Assembly (NCBI GenBank): GCA_047495785.1
Contig: JBLDXI010000018.1
Location: 372,001-436,000, forward strand
Direction: 5' to 3'
Source: Lepidodermella squamata
Lineage: Eukaryota > Animalia > Gastrotricha
Length of the DNA stretch: 64,000 nt
Part shown: piece after piece, positions 1-12,784 of the stretch
Numbering within the stretch: the first letter of the stretch is position 1
Layout: each line of letters begins with the position of its first letter
Made by a program: the position numbers and the translations under genes
Notes under the pieces: generated by a model
The model's database searches: none
Told to the model about the DNA's origin: nothing
What the model saw: the letters and a program-made list of their open reading frames with translations, nothing else

Positions 1-3000
1 CCTTCGAAAACCCGTACTCGATGGACATTCACGACTCTGAGGTCACATTCAACGGCTTTTTCGTCGATGTATCGCCCGACATCATCCCGGCGTTGTACAA
101 GGCCGGCATGCGGCAGCGGCAGAACGCCTTCTCGCCGAAAGATTGGCCAGTCAAGGGCGGAACAGCCGGCCAGTCGATGGGCAGCTACAGCCAGTTGATA
201 GTGACGGGCCACCGCAATGGCATCGTCAAATTCTGGGACGCATCCGGGGTGCAGCTTCAGATTTTGTACCTGTTGAACGTGTCCAAGTTGTTTCAAACGG
301 TCGCTGAGTCGAAGCGGCGCCTCGGTCGGGTGAACAGCAAACAGAGTACGGTTCAGTCGAGCGAATCTGCGGCGACTGACCAGGCGGCCGAGTCACCACT
401 AAATACAGAAGCTTCTTCGCCTTCTACAGCACAATCACCTGGTTCGTTAATCATATAATTTTATTTGCACATTTTCGATAACAATTTCAGGTTAAAAGTT
501 CAAATTGCCAATTTCGAATAATTTTCAGTTTTTGAAATCATTTGAGTTTTAACTTGAAAATATGCGAAAACTGAACAGAAATAGATTCTAACTAGCTGAC
601 TAAAAGATCAGTTTTCAAATTTTTGACAAATTAATTTTGAATTTTTTTAAATGAAATTTGATTGGAATGAATCTTTTCATTATCGAGAATTTTAATTTTG
701 AAATTTTGTTCAGGGCTCGAAGAATCAGCTCCTAGTACAGAGAAACACCCGCCTCTTGCGCAAACAGCGACGATCCAAACACAGAGCTCGATGGATCAAG
801 GCACCGGCGTGGTGGGCCTTAGTCAGCTCATCGCAGCCGGTACCTTCGCCGTCACCCAGGTGAAGCTGTCCGAGGACGGGCAAATGCTGCTCGTTGGCGG
901 GGCTGGTTTCGCCGTGCTGTACCGGCTCAACGAATCAGCGGCTGAGACTAATTTGGCTGTAGTCGAAGCGCGGTTTTCTTACAACAGCAATAGCCAACAA
1001 GCTGCGTCGCAAAATTCAGCTCCTAGTCAGCAGCAAGCGCAGGAAGGAGCCGCTCAAGTAGGCCAGGAATCGCAACGGCTGTCGTCGAATTCAGCCAACC
1101 CCTCGCCAGCAGCTGGGCCTCAGGTGAGAATCAATCAGCTGATCAGCGTGGGAGTTTGACATTTTTCGAAAACGCCCGAAATTTCAATGACATAATTTTT
1201 TTGAAATTTTCAAAATTTATGAAATTTCGGTTTTTTCGGAAATTGAAATGCGTTAATTTTTGGGTGATTTATTTTGAAATTGATTATTAGCTTGTGACCC
1301 GTTTTTTAGCTGCACATTTTAAAAATTAGCTGACGTGTTTTTTTCGATAGCCGAATGATGAAGTAGTCAACTAATACTTCGCTGACATGTAGACTACGCA
1401 CCCTTTGCTGCTCTCATACTATAACTGAACTCCATGAACCGCTCTTCTGTTGACGTGCCCCGCCTTTTTTGTCTTGACAGTACACTTTAAAGCATTTCCT
1501 GGATTAGCCAATCAAATCGGGCACAGATTTCGACAGCTCAGTTGACTTACATTAAATCGAATTTAAATTTAAATTTCAATAATTATCGATTTAAATTACC
1601 TTGAAATTTGGAATTGATTAACATCAAGTTTCCAGCACTCAGCTTACTTTTTGAGCGTTTTACTGCAGTATTTTGTCAATTTTTTGCGATTTTGGCTATT
1701 TTAATCCTAGGCTACTACTATTTTAGCTACTTGGTACCCTCTGGTGTGTAGAAAAAACATTTAATAGGTATTCGTTTTAGAGACTTCTGGAATTGAAAAC
1801 TCAGTCTCCAGATAGCCTCATTTAAGTATTTAATTTACGAAGTCATGAGTTGTTGAAAGCGAAAGCCGTTGATTTGATGTAACAAAACGCTTATAAATGC
1901 CGCTGTGTAATTGGCAACTGCAATAGTGACCCCGTTATGTATGTTTGACTTCGATGATGAGTTTTGTTTTGACTGCCAAATGAAGTTTTTGAAACTCCTG
2001 CACCGCCAAGCGACGAACGACTCACTGTTACCGCCACCGGCCGCGCCGGCGCCACCCGGCTCGAAACCGCCCCTGCCAGCGCCGGAACCGCCCACCGCGT
2101 TCCACCACCACTTCACGTCGCCGTTCTCGAAACGAGCCGCGTTTTCGTCGCGCACCAACTCGGCCGCCTCGTCGTCGGCCGACGGCGCGAAAACGCTGCC
2201 GGCGAGACGCGCGACGCTGCTCGAACTGCCGACCGGTCCGCCAAAGACCGGCACGGCCGAGAGCCCGATCGCCTCGTCGCCGTCGTCGCCGTCGCCGGTG
2301 GCGCCGCGGTCCTTTTCGACCTCCTTCTCACTGTCGACCGCCGATAGCCACACCAGCACGGTAGTACCTAGTAGTAGAAGTAGTACTAGTCGATTGCGGA
2401 TGGTTCATACATGTCGTTGCTTGCCCATTTTTGATACATTTTTGATCATCAACTGTCATTTTGAGTTGCCTCTCGATATTTATTTACATCAAGCCAAATG
2501 TCACGCTATCACTTCTCTCTTGTTTTTATTGGGATGACCTGTAATTTTTTGGCAAAAAAATGACACTTGAACCAACAAACCAACAACACTACCACCACCC
2601 ACAAACCACACTTGTAACGCCGGATCTGCTTCTTTCCGCCTTGCTTAATTTATTCATCATCATCTGATTGATCTATCTTGTCGATGTTGTGACTTTCACC
2701 TATTTTTGGCATTCACTCAAATTTGAACGAAAAAATTGTGCGCTTCTTGCGAGCACTTTCTAAATGTTGTCGCTTGGTTATTTTCGGGTGAGCTTCTACA
2801 TTACTATTATAGCAGAATTAATTTCGAGACGGAAAATTATTTGTTGCAAAGATTTCAACTCGAAAATCTGTCTTCGTGAGTTTTGCTATTGGCATGAGAA
2901 AATATAATTTTTTCCAAAATTTCAAAAAGAAAATTTAAGTTTGCAATTTTCAAAAAATCTTCTGTTCAAATATCAACATTAAGTTTCGAATACAAACTGT

Positions 3001-6000
3001 TTTTTTCTAACTACATTTGCCTAGGTTGGGGTTGTTAGTCCAGGGATGATTTTTTGTCAAAATCAGAAGAAACATGTCTAAATAGTTGGAAAATGTAAAA
3101 TAATCATGTCTCATGTCTCATCATATACAAATTTGAAAAAATCGCAACAATTTTCTATTGGCAAGGGTGTTTTGCTCTAGATTTAAGACAAACTTGCAGT
3201 CATCTTTCTGCGCATTGAAATAATAGTTTCGCAATGAAATCGTTGCATGAATAATTTCCGTCTCCTCGTAACTACGTGCTAATTTTTACTGAAGTTTGGG
3301 TTTTGCTTCAAATATGTTTTCTATATTTTTGATCGAGGAAGCGATTGCTGTGTTACAATTTTTTATAACCTGCAATTTTGGTAGCTTTTGTTAATGATTT
3401 TTTAATTTTTTAAATTCTAGGGTTGTCTACTACGACAAGGCCCGAGGCGGTGGAATGCCGGCTACCAGCCTGATCTAGCCGTAGCGATCGGCTGGCTGGC
3501 GCCGCCGAGCGGCAACGCGAACGACCTGCCGCAAGCTCCGCCCAGCGTCACGTGCCTGGACGTGCAGCCGGGCGCGGGCGTCATCTTCGTCGGCACCAAC
3601 TGCGGCGTGGTGGTGGTCGACGCCGTGCAGAAGGCGTGCGTCATGAAGCTGACGACGCCCGAGCTGTACGCCTGCATCGACCCGGCGACGCTGAAGAGCG
3701 TGCTCAAGAAGGCGCTCAAGGACCAGCGAGCGGCGGCCGCCGATGCCGGCGCCACCAGTGACGACGAAACACTGGCGAGTGACGTGCCGGTTTCGGCTTC
3801 TTCCGCCGGCTCGGCGCCGAACAGTGCCTCGAATAAGGTAAAATTTCGTACATACTAGTAGCCAAGATTTGAAAATAATTTTAGCCAAGCCTAACAAGTT
3901 TCGATTGTAGTTTTAGTTGGAATAAAACTGAGTAGTCTCGGGGAAAAGCGCGATTTTCATGATCGACGAATTCAAATTTCAACAATAATTTATTACTCCC
4001 AGAACCATCTAAACAACCTAATGACGGTTGATATCGAAAAATCACTGCTCTCTAAAACCGAGACTCGGAATCGATATCGAAGACGTGAAAATCGAAAAAT
4101 CACAGAATAGGGAATTAAGTCCTCAATTTAATGCTGGATCCCGAAATGCGGCTTTGACATTGAAATAATTTTTTTTAATTATCACTCTAAGATTGAATTA
4201 ATTTTCAGATTTTTGAACTGACCAAAAGAAACGTAGGTTGATTTTATAAATATTTCCCCCATTATTTTCCATTGGAATGTTTAATCTGAAATTTGAATGA
4301 TCGTCATGGAGTCGCGTTAAATTTCCCCGATTATTTCTTTAATTTTCTTGAATGATCCGAACTGACCTGAAATAATTGCGTTGAACTTGCAAAAATGTGA
4401 AAAATCGAAAAGGACATAGCGGCGTTGTTATCACCTGGGACTTCGCCGAAATCCCAACGGAAACACCATCCGATGCTCGGATCAACGACCTCGGCGAAAC
4501 GTCGGAACCTATCGCTAGCCCCAGGCCTTCTTAGCCACAAAGCTCTAGTCGAATCGCGAGGCAAATTCAACAGCGCAGAGAACAATCGAAATTCCAAGTC
4601 ATCGCCGCTTCTAATCGAAGAACCGAGTCAAGAACCGCCTAGTAGCGAACAGCTGAAATTGCCACAGCGACAGCACAAAAGTGGCTCACTTGTGCCTGAT
4701 CGAGTTGTTGAGGAGGAAGAAGAAGAGGACGAAGAGCCACGAGTCGATTCGCCGAAAATCGACTCAAATCGCAATAATTTGGGCCAAGACACGGCCGATG
4801 ACAGCGACGACCAAGTCGTGCCGGCTGTTCGAGTTCGCAAAATGTCAGTGTTTCAACGCATTTCCAGCGCGATTTCCGGCCCGCCGAAACACCACAGCCA
4901 GCACCACCGGCCGAGCATCGACGTCGGCCATTTGCTGAATCGCCGCTTCTCAGCCGCCATTCCGTCGATCAGCGGCGTGCCCAGCGATCAGTTGGCTGAA
5001 ATTCAGTTGTCGCTCGAAGAAGGCGGCTCATTCTCGAAGCAGAGCAGTGCGAATTCGGTCGACTACATCGACTTGCGGGGTAATTGCCGTGGCTGAAAAC
5101 TCGACTTTTGCACAACCTACTAGTCTTTCCGCGTGGATATTCTGGACTAAACTAACAACACTTGAGCCTTTAATTTCAACGAAATCAAAACAACGCCGCT
5201 TATTACTGCAATTTTTCAATTTCTGATTGAAAAATTTCCTCACGAAAATAATAATTGCACCCCGCTTTTTTCACTTCCTAACTTGAACTAACATTTTAAC
5301 ATTTTTATTAGAAATTGGAGTTTTCAAACGTAAGTTTGGCATTCGAAGGTGGACATTTTCAGTTTGGAAATTGAATTTGGACGATGGTATTTTTTTGAAA
5401 ATGAGGAGAATTTCGACAAAAATTTGCCAAATGTTAGATTTTTATGCGGAAAATCCATGTTTCGAGTGCCAAATTTTAATTTTTTTTATTACAATCCAGG
5501 TTTTGAATCCATTTTTTCGGAAAAATTTTCAGCTAATAATTAACTAATAGCACTCGACCTATAATTATTATAATATTACTATTGAACTAACAAGAAAACA
5601 ACATTGTGACCCTATCCTGTCGCACTTTGTCTAGGCTGGCACGGCCTCATCCCTGACCTCGTCGATGAACTCACCTCTAACAACTTCCACCACTAACACC
5701 ATCAACAGCAACAACACCACTCTGTCGGCCGCCGCCGCAGGAAACCCGCCTAGCTTAACGTCACCCGTGTCTCCCAACAGCCTGCTAGCGGCGAACCAGC
5801 AGCAAGCAGCCGCGGTGCCGCCGATGAGCCCGAACCAGCCTAACCAGCTGATCGACTCGGGCGCGTCGGCGGCGGCGGAGGGCAAACGCGACTCGAAGGG
5901 CGCCAAGTCGAAAGGTGCGGCCTTGAAGGCGGTTTTTCGTTTTGGGTCCACCAAATCGTCCAAGTCATCGCTAGAACGCGATGCTAATGAGTTGCCAACT

Positions 6001-9000
6001 AGGAGTGCCAAGTTCCACCTGCCTGTAGGCAGCCCCCCGCCCCTGTCGTCGAACAGCTTCCACGCCGGCTCCACCCTGCCGGCCGAGCACCCGAGCGCGG
6101 GTGACCCGGCCGACCAGGGTGAGGCGGGCGGCGGTGGCGGCGGCGAGGACGGGCGGGCGAGCTTGACGCGGTCGTTGTCGGTGTTGCCGAGCGGTGGCAA
6201 GCCGCTGCTAGCGGTGCCGAGTGGCCTTAGCGCGACCGTGCCGCCGTCGCCCATGTCGCCCTTGCTATCATCGCCTGGTATACATTAGATCGCGAGCGTA
6301 GTTGACCGCGCACGGCTAAGCTATAATTTTCTGTGTTTTTTTCATCCGGTGACAGTTGGTGATAGTTTGCCTATGACATTGCCTATGACTGCAAAAGCAG
6401 GCAGTGCCAGCTCGCTGTTGTTGCAAAAGCGGAAAGGTTATAATACTTCGTGATCATTTTTAGACACCCTGTGCGCTGCTCGTCATTTTTTATTGTCAAC
6501 TTGATATACTGGAAGCTAGCGCTAATTTAAATCATGCAGAATCACGCTTTTAAATTATTCAATAGTTCAATAGACTTCGGAGCATTTTAGAATTAGAGAA
6601 ATTATATTGCTTTGACGCTTGCCTCGATAGAAAAAATGGTCTCATAAATTTCGGAAATTTTTATTCTAAAATGCTCCGATCTAAACGATCGATTCCTTGG
6701 CTTCTCTGAGGAAATTTTCCAGCTTTTCAGTTCGAGAAACTTTTTCATCAGCGTTGTGAAGAATTCCAAATTTTAGTTCGAACCCGAGCTAATTTTTGTG
6801 ATACCCTTTGCTTTATTCGCTGTGAAGTCAACTTATTTCTAAACAGTCGTAAACTCATACTCGCCGGAATAGGATTAGTATTTGGCTTCCTTCATTTCAG
6901 AATTCTGTAAGACAATTGTTATTTCAAAGATCTTATTTATTTTCAGAGGTTTTATTTGATTTTTTTTACAATTGCCTTCTCATAAACTGGATATTTTTTA
7001 AAAATATGTCATATGCTAACTTGGTTTTTTTACGCCTCATTGATTTTCCGAAAGTTTAAAATTGAAGCGATAGATCAGTATTTTTAATAAAGCGCTGCTG
7101 CGTGCCTAGAATTTGATGTTTGTCAACCCGGTCAGCTTTCGCTTTGCCTACTTACTAATTATTACTAATGATGACTAACTGTGAGGCAATTGGAAGCACA
7201 CTCCGCTAGCGCACTGCTTCTGTAAAACAGCAAAATGTCCACTTACATCGGCCATCATCCATCGGTTATTTCTGCCCCCATCAAGTCATCTATCTCTCTT
7301 GTTTTCGAATTTCCGTCTCATTTGTCGCTAATTTTTTCTGCATTTTGTGTTGTTGAAAATATAGAATCAGTCTCGGACAGTGGAGTTGCGACAGGTCGCG
7401 ACTCGCCCGAGCCGGCGCCGAGCAGTGCAGCGCTTGGCCAGTCGCAGCCGCTGGTCGCCTCAGCGGACACGATCACGTGCGCGGTGTTCGCCGACTCGTT
7501 CGCGAACAAGGTGAAGCCGGACCCGAAGCAGACGATGCCGCTGGCGACGGCGCCGACGCTGTGGCTGGGCACGCAGACGGGCGCGGTGTTCATCGCCGGC
7601 GTGTCGCTGCCGCCGTCGGACGACGAGCGCGCGACGTCGCCGGTGATCGTCTCCGTGTCGCAGACTGTCTACCAGATGGCTGGGCCTGTGCTAACTCTCG
7701 CCATCCTGCCCACGTCCGAATTCATCACAGCCGAGCGGAAAGCTTCTCATCAGGTATCGTATAACAATTCTTTAAATAAGGCCTAAATTTAGGGTTCCAG
7801 CACTTAATCTGAGACAATTAGGATTTTTCGAATTTCACGGCTCTCGTAGAATCTCAATTTTTCAAATCATGCTTATAGATCTCCCTATTACATGGATTTT
7901 GCGCTTCAAGTGCCCAGTTTTTGGGTTCGGTCTCCAGAGCCGATATCGATTCCAAGTATCGATTTCACAAATACTTGTGAATTTCACAAAATCAGTGATT
8001 TTTCGATTTCAAATGTGCTGGAGCCCAATATCAATAATTTGACTACATAGTTTGAGGAATCATGTAGCTAAAAAAACCCAGGCCTAGAGAAGGCCTTGGC
8101 ATCGATTAAAACACGAAAAGGAGAAAAGGAGAGTCCGAAAATTTAGATTCAGGTGCTTATTTTAACGGTGGAACCTCATTTTCGCATGGCAATAAATTGA
8201 AAAATTAAATAAATAATTGGGAAAGATTATTTGCTATTAAGCCTCTCTTATGCGATTCTTAAATCTGCCTTGACAACAAAATTTAAATTTTTTAAATTTC
8301 CTAAATTATGTTTGAATTTCTAAATTTTTCTAAATTTTTAAACAACTTTTCCGAATTGTTCTTAGTTATAAATTATTCTAATTAATTATGTCATTGTTTC
8401 AATTTTTCTCATATTTGCGTGTGTTACTCAGCCATCTGTACCACCGGAGCCGATGCCGAAGCTGAAATCGAAGCAGAGCGCGCCGGGCGGCGGGCTGCCG
8501 GTGTACCCGGGCCAGGCGCTGCCGGACTCGAACACGCTGATGGCGCAGAACGCGGCGAGCCAGCTCGGCGTCATGGTCTCGCGCGACCAGCTCGTCGTTG
8601 TCGTGTTGCCGGCGCAAACGGTCGCGAGTCGTGCGCGGCCCCCGGCGCCGGCCGACGGCGAGCCTCGCCGCCAGCTCGCCCGTGCCGCTGTCATCCGGCC
8701 GAAGGAGAGCCACACGCAGCACTGCGTCGCGTGCCTCGCCGTCGACGGCCACGTCTCGTTCTTCAGTCTTCCGCGCCTGCGCCCGCTCTTCGAGGTCGAC
8801 CAGTGCTGCGACCCTGTTACGCCTAGGTAAAACCATAAACCATAATAATCAGATACTTTGATTTTTCACCCTCTTACAAGTATTCAGAATTAGGACAAAA
8901 CGCTGTTTCGGACTTTGAAATTCAGTGATTTTTCGAAAATTTTGAAATATTTATCACGATTGATCAAAACTGGTTAATTTTTTTTTAAATTGACGGAATC

Positions 9001-10312
9001 AAATTGGTAGGCTGGGTATCGAATACTAGAATTTGCTTCAGTCCAGTTCCAACTTTTTATTTGTCGAAAATTGTGAGATTTTGTGAAAGATTTTCCGATG
9101 TTTTCTAATTGGAAAAATTGTGAATTGAACTTCCAATTTGTTTCATTTGCAGATCTCTAAACACATTCCGCTTCTCGCACTACGGCCACGCAGTATTCTT
9201 CGACTCGCCTTCTGAAATCAACAAGCTGTCTTTCTGGGCTGAAAACAAGTACGTTTTTGTATTTTTCTTAACATTCATTCAAAATTATACCAACAAATAT
9301 CTTGTTCGTGTGATTCAAATTTGCATCAGTCTTCAGCTTAATCTAGCTCCATTCGCTTCCACTAGGTATTTGGCTTTTGGAAGTTTAGTAACTGTGACCG
9401 GGACGTGAATGTTAACTGTGACTGTGATCTGTTGATTTTCCAGATTACTATCAGTCTTCTGCTTGGGTCTGATTTATGCGCTCTCATAGTTACAGCTTAA
9501 GAATTGCTTGGGAATTTCCATATAAACGCAAAATTGTCCTTAGAGTTGATCCCATTCTCGGATTCAGATAGAAAATTTCATGAGAATTAACTTTGAATAC
9601 GCAATATTTACCGAGTTGGAAACCTTCAATTTCAGGCCCGATTGCAAAGTTACGTTACCTAAAATTTGGAAAAACTTCCTGTGAGTTGTACAATGGCTCG
9701 CCACCTTGCCACTTCCGCTTGCTCATTGCCTCCACGAGGGCCATTCAGTGTTCCTCATTAGCTTCGGGGGAGGGGGAAGAGAAAAATTGCACGAATTTCG
9801 ATGCCATTCAATTTCGAACATAAAATAAGTAATAGTGCTCAAATCTTTTAAAATATTTGAAATTTCGAAATGAAATGTAATTGTTTCTTGAATTTCCTTG
9901 CAACAGTGACAAAATGGAGTATACGCAAGGCAGCGTGTTCGTGGAGACGGTGATGCCGGAGCGGCCGAAGGCGTCCTTCCTGAAGACGCTGTTCACGTCG
10001 GCGGCGAAAGACACGGCGTTGTCGGAGCGCGAAGAGCTGTTCGGCGACCCGAATCTGAAGCCATCCGTGAACGTGGCGCGGCCGATCAGCAACAAGTTGC
10101 AGCAGCTGCAGGGCGACCTCAGCTCGGCGACGTCGTCGTCCAACTCGCCGTACGGCAAGATGTTGGAGGGCGCGAAGGAGCGCGGCGAGAAGCTGGGCCA
10201 GGTCGACGAGGCGACGCAGCGCATGATGCTGAACGCGTCCGAGTTTGCGAAGCGCGCGCACGAGATGGCGGAGAAGGAGAAAAACAAAAAGTGGTACAAC
10301 GTGTTTTCTTAG
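1..10312 (+). CDS. STXBP5: Tomosyn / syntaxin-binding protein 5 (5'-partial). Exons <1-441, 714-1123, 3421-3837, 5635-6277, 7365-7753, 8432-8826, 9153-9248, 9907-10312
   Basis: Lgl/tomosyn motifs FENPYSMDIHDS, KDWPVKGG, LIVTGHRNGIVKFWDASG, PTLWLGTQTG, SPSEINKL. C-terminal R-SNARE ERGEKLGQVDEATQRMMLNASEF...KNKKWY. All junctions are GT-AG and phase-compatible. Confidence 0.93.
1351..1362 (+). CDS. Candidate 12-nt in-frame microexon of tomosyn (PNDE)
   Basis: gctgac-gtg-T-rich-gatAG acceptor, 12 nt ccgaatgatgaa, GTAGTC donor; phase 0/0 between exons ending 1123 and starting 3421. Confidence 0.4.
1980..2360 (+). CDS. Candidate alternative internal first coding exon of tomosyn (Pro/Ser-rich, MKFLKLLHRQ...)
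   Basis: GC-rich coding-like island inside an AT-rich intron; ATG 1980, 127 codons, GTAGTA donor in phase 0 matching the acceptor at 3421. Confidence 0.6.
4029..4142 (-). repeat. Inverted partial copy of the GGGTTCCAGCAC MITE-like family
   Basis: Reverse complement resembles 7941-8012 (gatatcgattcc...cagtgatttttcgat) and ends in tgctggatccc. Confidence 0.5.
4473..5079 (+). CDS. Second candidate alternative internal first coding exon of tomosyn (MLGSTTSAKRR...)
   Basis: Open, coding-like frame of about 200 codons in an intron; phase-1 donor (cggg|gtaatt) compatible with the phase-1 acceptor at 7365. Confidence 0.5.
6577..6679. repeat. Short foldback element with perfect 17-bp inverted repeats (MITE-like)
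   Basis: tcggagcattttagaat (6577-6593) and attctaaaatgctccga (6663-6679) are exact reverse complements. Confidence 0.7.
7792..8026. mobile_element. Non-autonomous DNA transposon (MITE-like), about 235 bp
   Basis: TIR-like GGGTTCCAGCAC (7792-7803) / GTGCTGGAGCCC (8015-8026); 5' part shared with 63359-63470. Confidence 0.6.
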
Positions 10313-12784
10313 CCTACCTAAACGACTTGAACGAATTGAATGATCACATCGCCAAGTGCCTGTTTCTCCGGTGTCTGTGCCACTGTTAACTATACGACTA
10401 CGACTACTACGACAAAAATGATAGCGTTTTAATTATTATTATGCATTCCTTTTAATTGTTAAAAGAAATAACTACTACTTATATGTGGAAGAAGCGATTC
10501 TGTGCAATTTTTCTTCGTGTCGCAGCACTTCAATCATTTTTTGTACTGATGTTTGGTCGTCGATCGAATATTTTATTGTTATTTTACCTGCATTGCCTGC
10601 TTTTTTATGACAAACCTGCCTGCCTACCGATGTTATTATTATTATTGCTAAACCACTACCTATTCTACTAAAAATCGAAAAAAATCGAAGTTCATGACGT
10701 GTCTTCATAAATGTTGACCAGAAATAACCTATTTATTTACGTGTGTTATCGCATTATTTTCTGGAAAAATTGACAAAAATTATATTATTATATTTATTAT
10801 ATAAATATTTTTTGAGAAGAAAAATTCACCAGTGAAGAAGAGAAAGAAACAACGCATCATTTTTTTGCGGATATTTTGAAAGCGAGAGAGAGAGAGAGCG
10901 AGTCGGAATATTATCATCGATTGTGTATTCATGTTATATTCGTATATACTATTCTCTACTTGTTATACCAACCTTATTACATACCCGTCTACCTTCACCG
11001 AACGCGGCTACGCGAAAACGAACGAGCAGGATGAGGATGATGATGATATACCGTACCAAACCAACCAATGTCATTATTATTTATTTTGAAAATATGGCTG
11101 AAATAAAAATAAAAAAGCAACGAGGGAATATATTGCCAATTTTCTCTTTTCACATTTTTAGAGTTCTAAATAGCAGGTGACGAATTGGAGAATTTTACCA
11201 ATATTTTGGTTGTTTTTCGGAATTACTACCGCAACAAATTGCTGGGACTTGGGGCAATTTTTTCGTGACCTTACTTTTCATTCATTTCCGCCTACTGTGC
11301 GATTATTATAGTGGCCAGTGTTAAATGAATGAGGTCACATGGCTACGCCTTGGGTCATGCGGCCACGTGCTGCAAGTAATAATATGAAAAAACGCTTTTA
11401 TTGCTTTCTTATATGTGACCTATCTGTCAGTGTGTGCTCATCAATTCGGGTTAAAAACGACGTCGTTTTAAGCTTAACATGTTACGAAGGGAACTGCTTG
11501 TGGGCGGAAAGATCAAACGAAAAATAAGAGCGAAACGCGATAAGAGCAACGGCTAAAGTTAAGTTATTCAATCAGGGTCAATTATAACCAGCGTGAGTTA
11601 ACCAGCGTGCTTATCTGGTTATGTTCTAATATCATTGCTCGATTCTCATTGCCCTTATTTCGCTTGCTCTTTTCGCACACAACAGGAAACTGCGTACACG
11701 AAAACAGCAGATAACCTGTATAGAATGAATCGAGCTATCATTAATCATTGTAGAATCGATGGCGGCCTTTTAGTTTCATTTTTCGTTGGATTCGAAGAGT
11801 CGACTTCTATTATTTCTATTATTGGACCCAACGAAAGCTTGAGTTCGATTGTTACAATCAGAAACATTTCATGAGTTTTCTTGAGAAATTTCATTTTTCA
11901 TTTCTGATCTTTGTTTTCAGATGTTTCCATAAGTAGAGTTTCGATAACAAAACACGCTTGAAGGCTTCAATTGCATTTGATTATTATTTATCGACGTTTC
12001 AACGCTTTCTACGCTTTCTCGCGGTTTTATATAACCAATAATATAATGTCCTCTCTGCTCTTCTCAGTTTGCTCAGTTTACTCATTTTAAATTGAATTTT
12101 TTCATTTCTATTTTGAACTTCGCCTCATTCTTTTGCTTTGCCAACTGTTGAATAGTGCGCGCGTTTTATGCGTGAACCAAATGGCCCATTACACTAAAAA
12201 ATTCACCTGAATCTTTAATACGAGAGAGAGAGCCATATACCTACGGCGTTTCGTTGTAATTTCACGCATCATCTACTGCGCGTATCCCATCATACAAGCA
12301 ATAAGCAAAAAACACGCAGGCATAGTAGCCGTTGAATAGCTACTACCTACTACTACGGCTGGTTGTCGACTCGAAAAATTCGAGCACGATGAAAACAAGC
12401 CTGTATAAAAATCTAGTCACATGCCCAGGTGTTATATACCTTGGAATAGCCGTTGTTTTGGCGGCCATTATTAACCTGGCATTTTTTACCTGGTCACCCT
12501 GCATCATCTCAAATTTGAGTAATAATTCAATTGGTAATCACAAAATTTAATTTTTTAATTATTTTAAGGTGAATGAATGAGAAAATGACGTCAAAAACTA
12601 CAACATATTCTTGTTCTGAATGTAGTAACACGTGTGTAGTAGAAAAATGCTTATCAGCTTGGCTGCATGTGCGTGTTTGCTCTCAGCTCAAAGTGCTTTT
12701 TACGCATAATATTTATTTACTCGACCTACCTATATACATAATATCTATCAACATAGGCTGCGCATTTCGCTATATTTTTTACAC

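Noticed and set aside
11584-11622. taaccagcgtg direct repeat plus inverted ctggttat
   Set aside because: Too short and isolated to assign a function.
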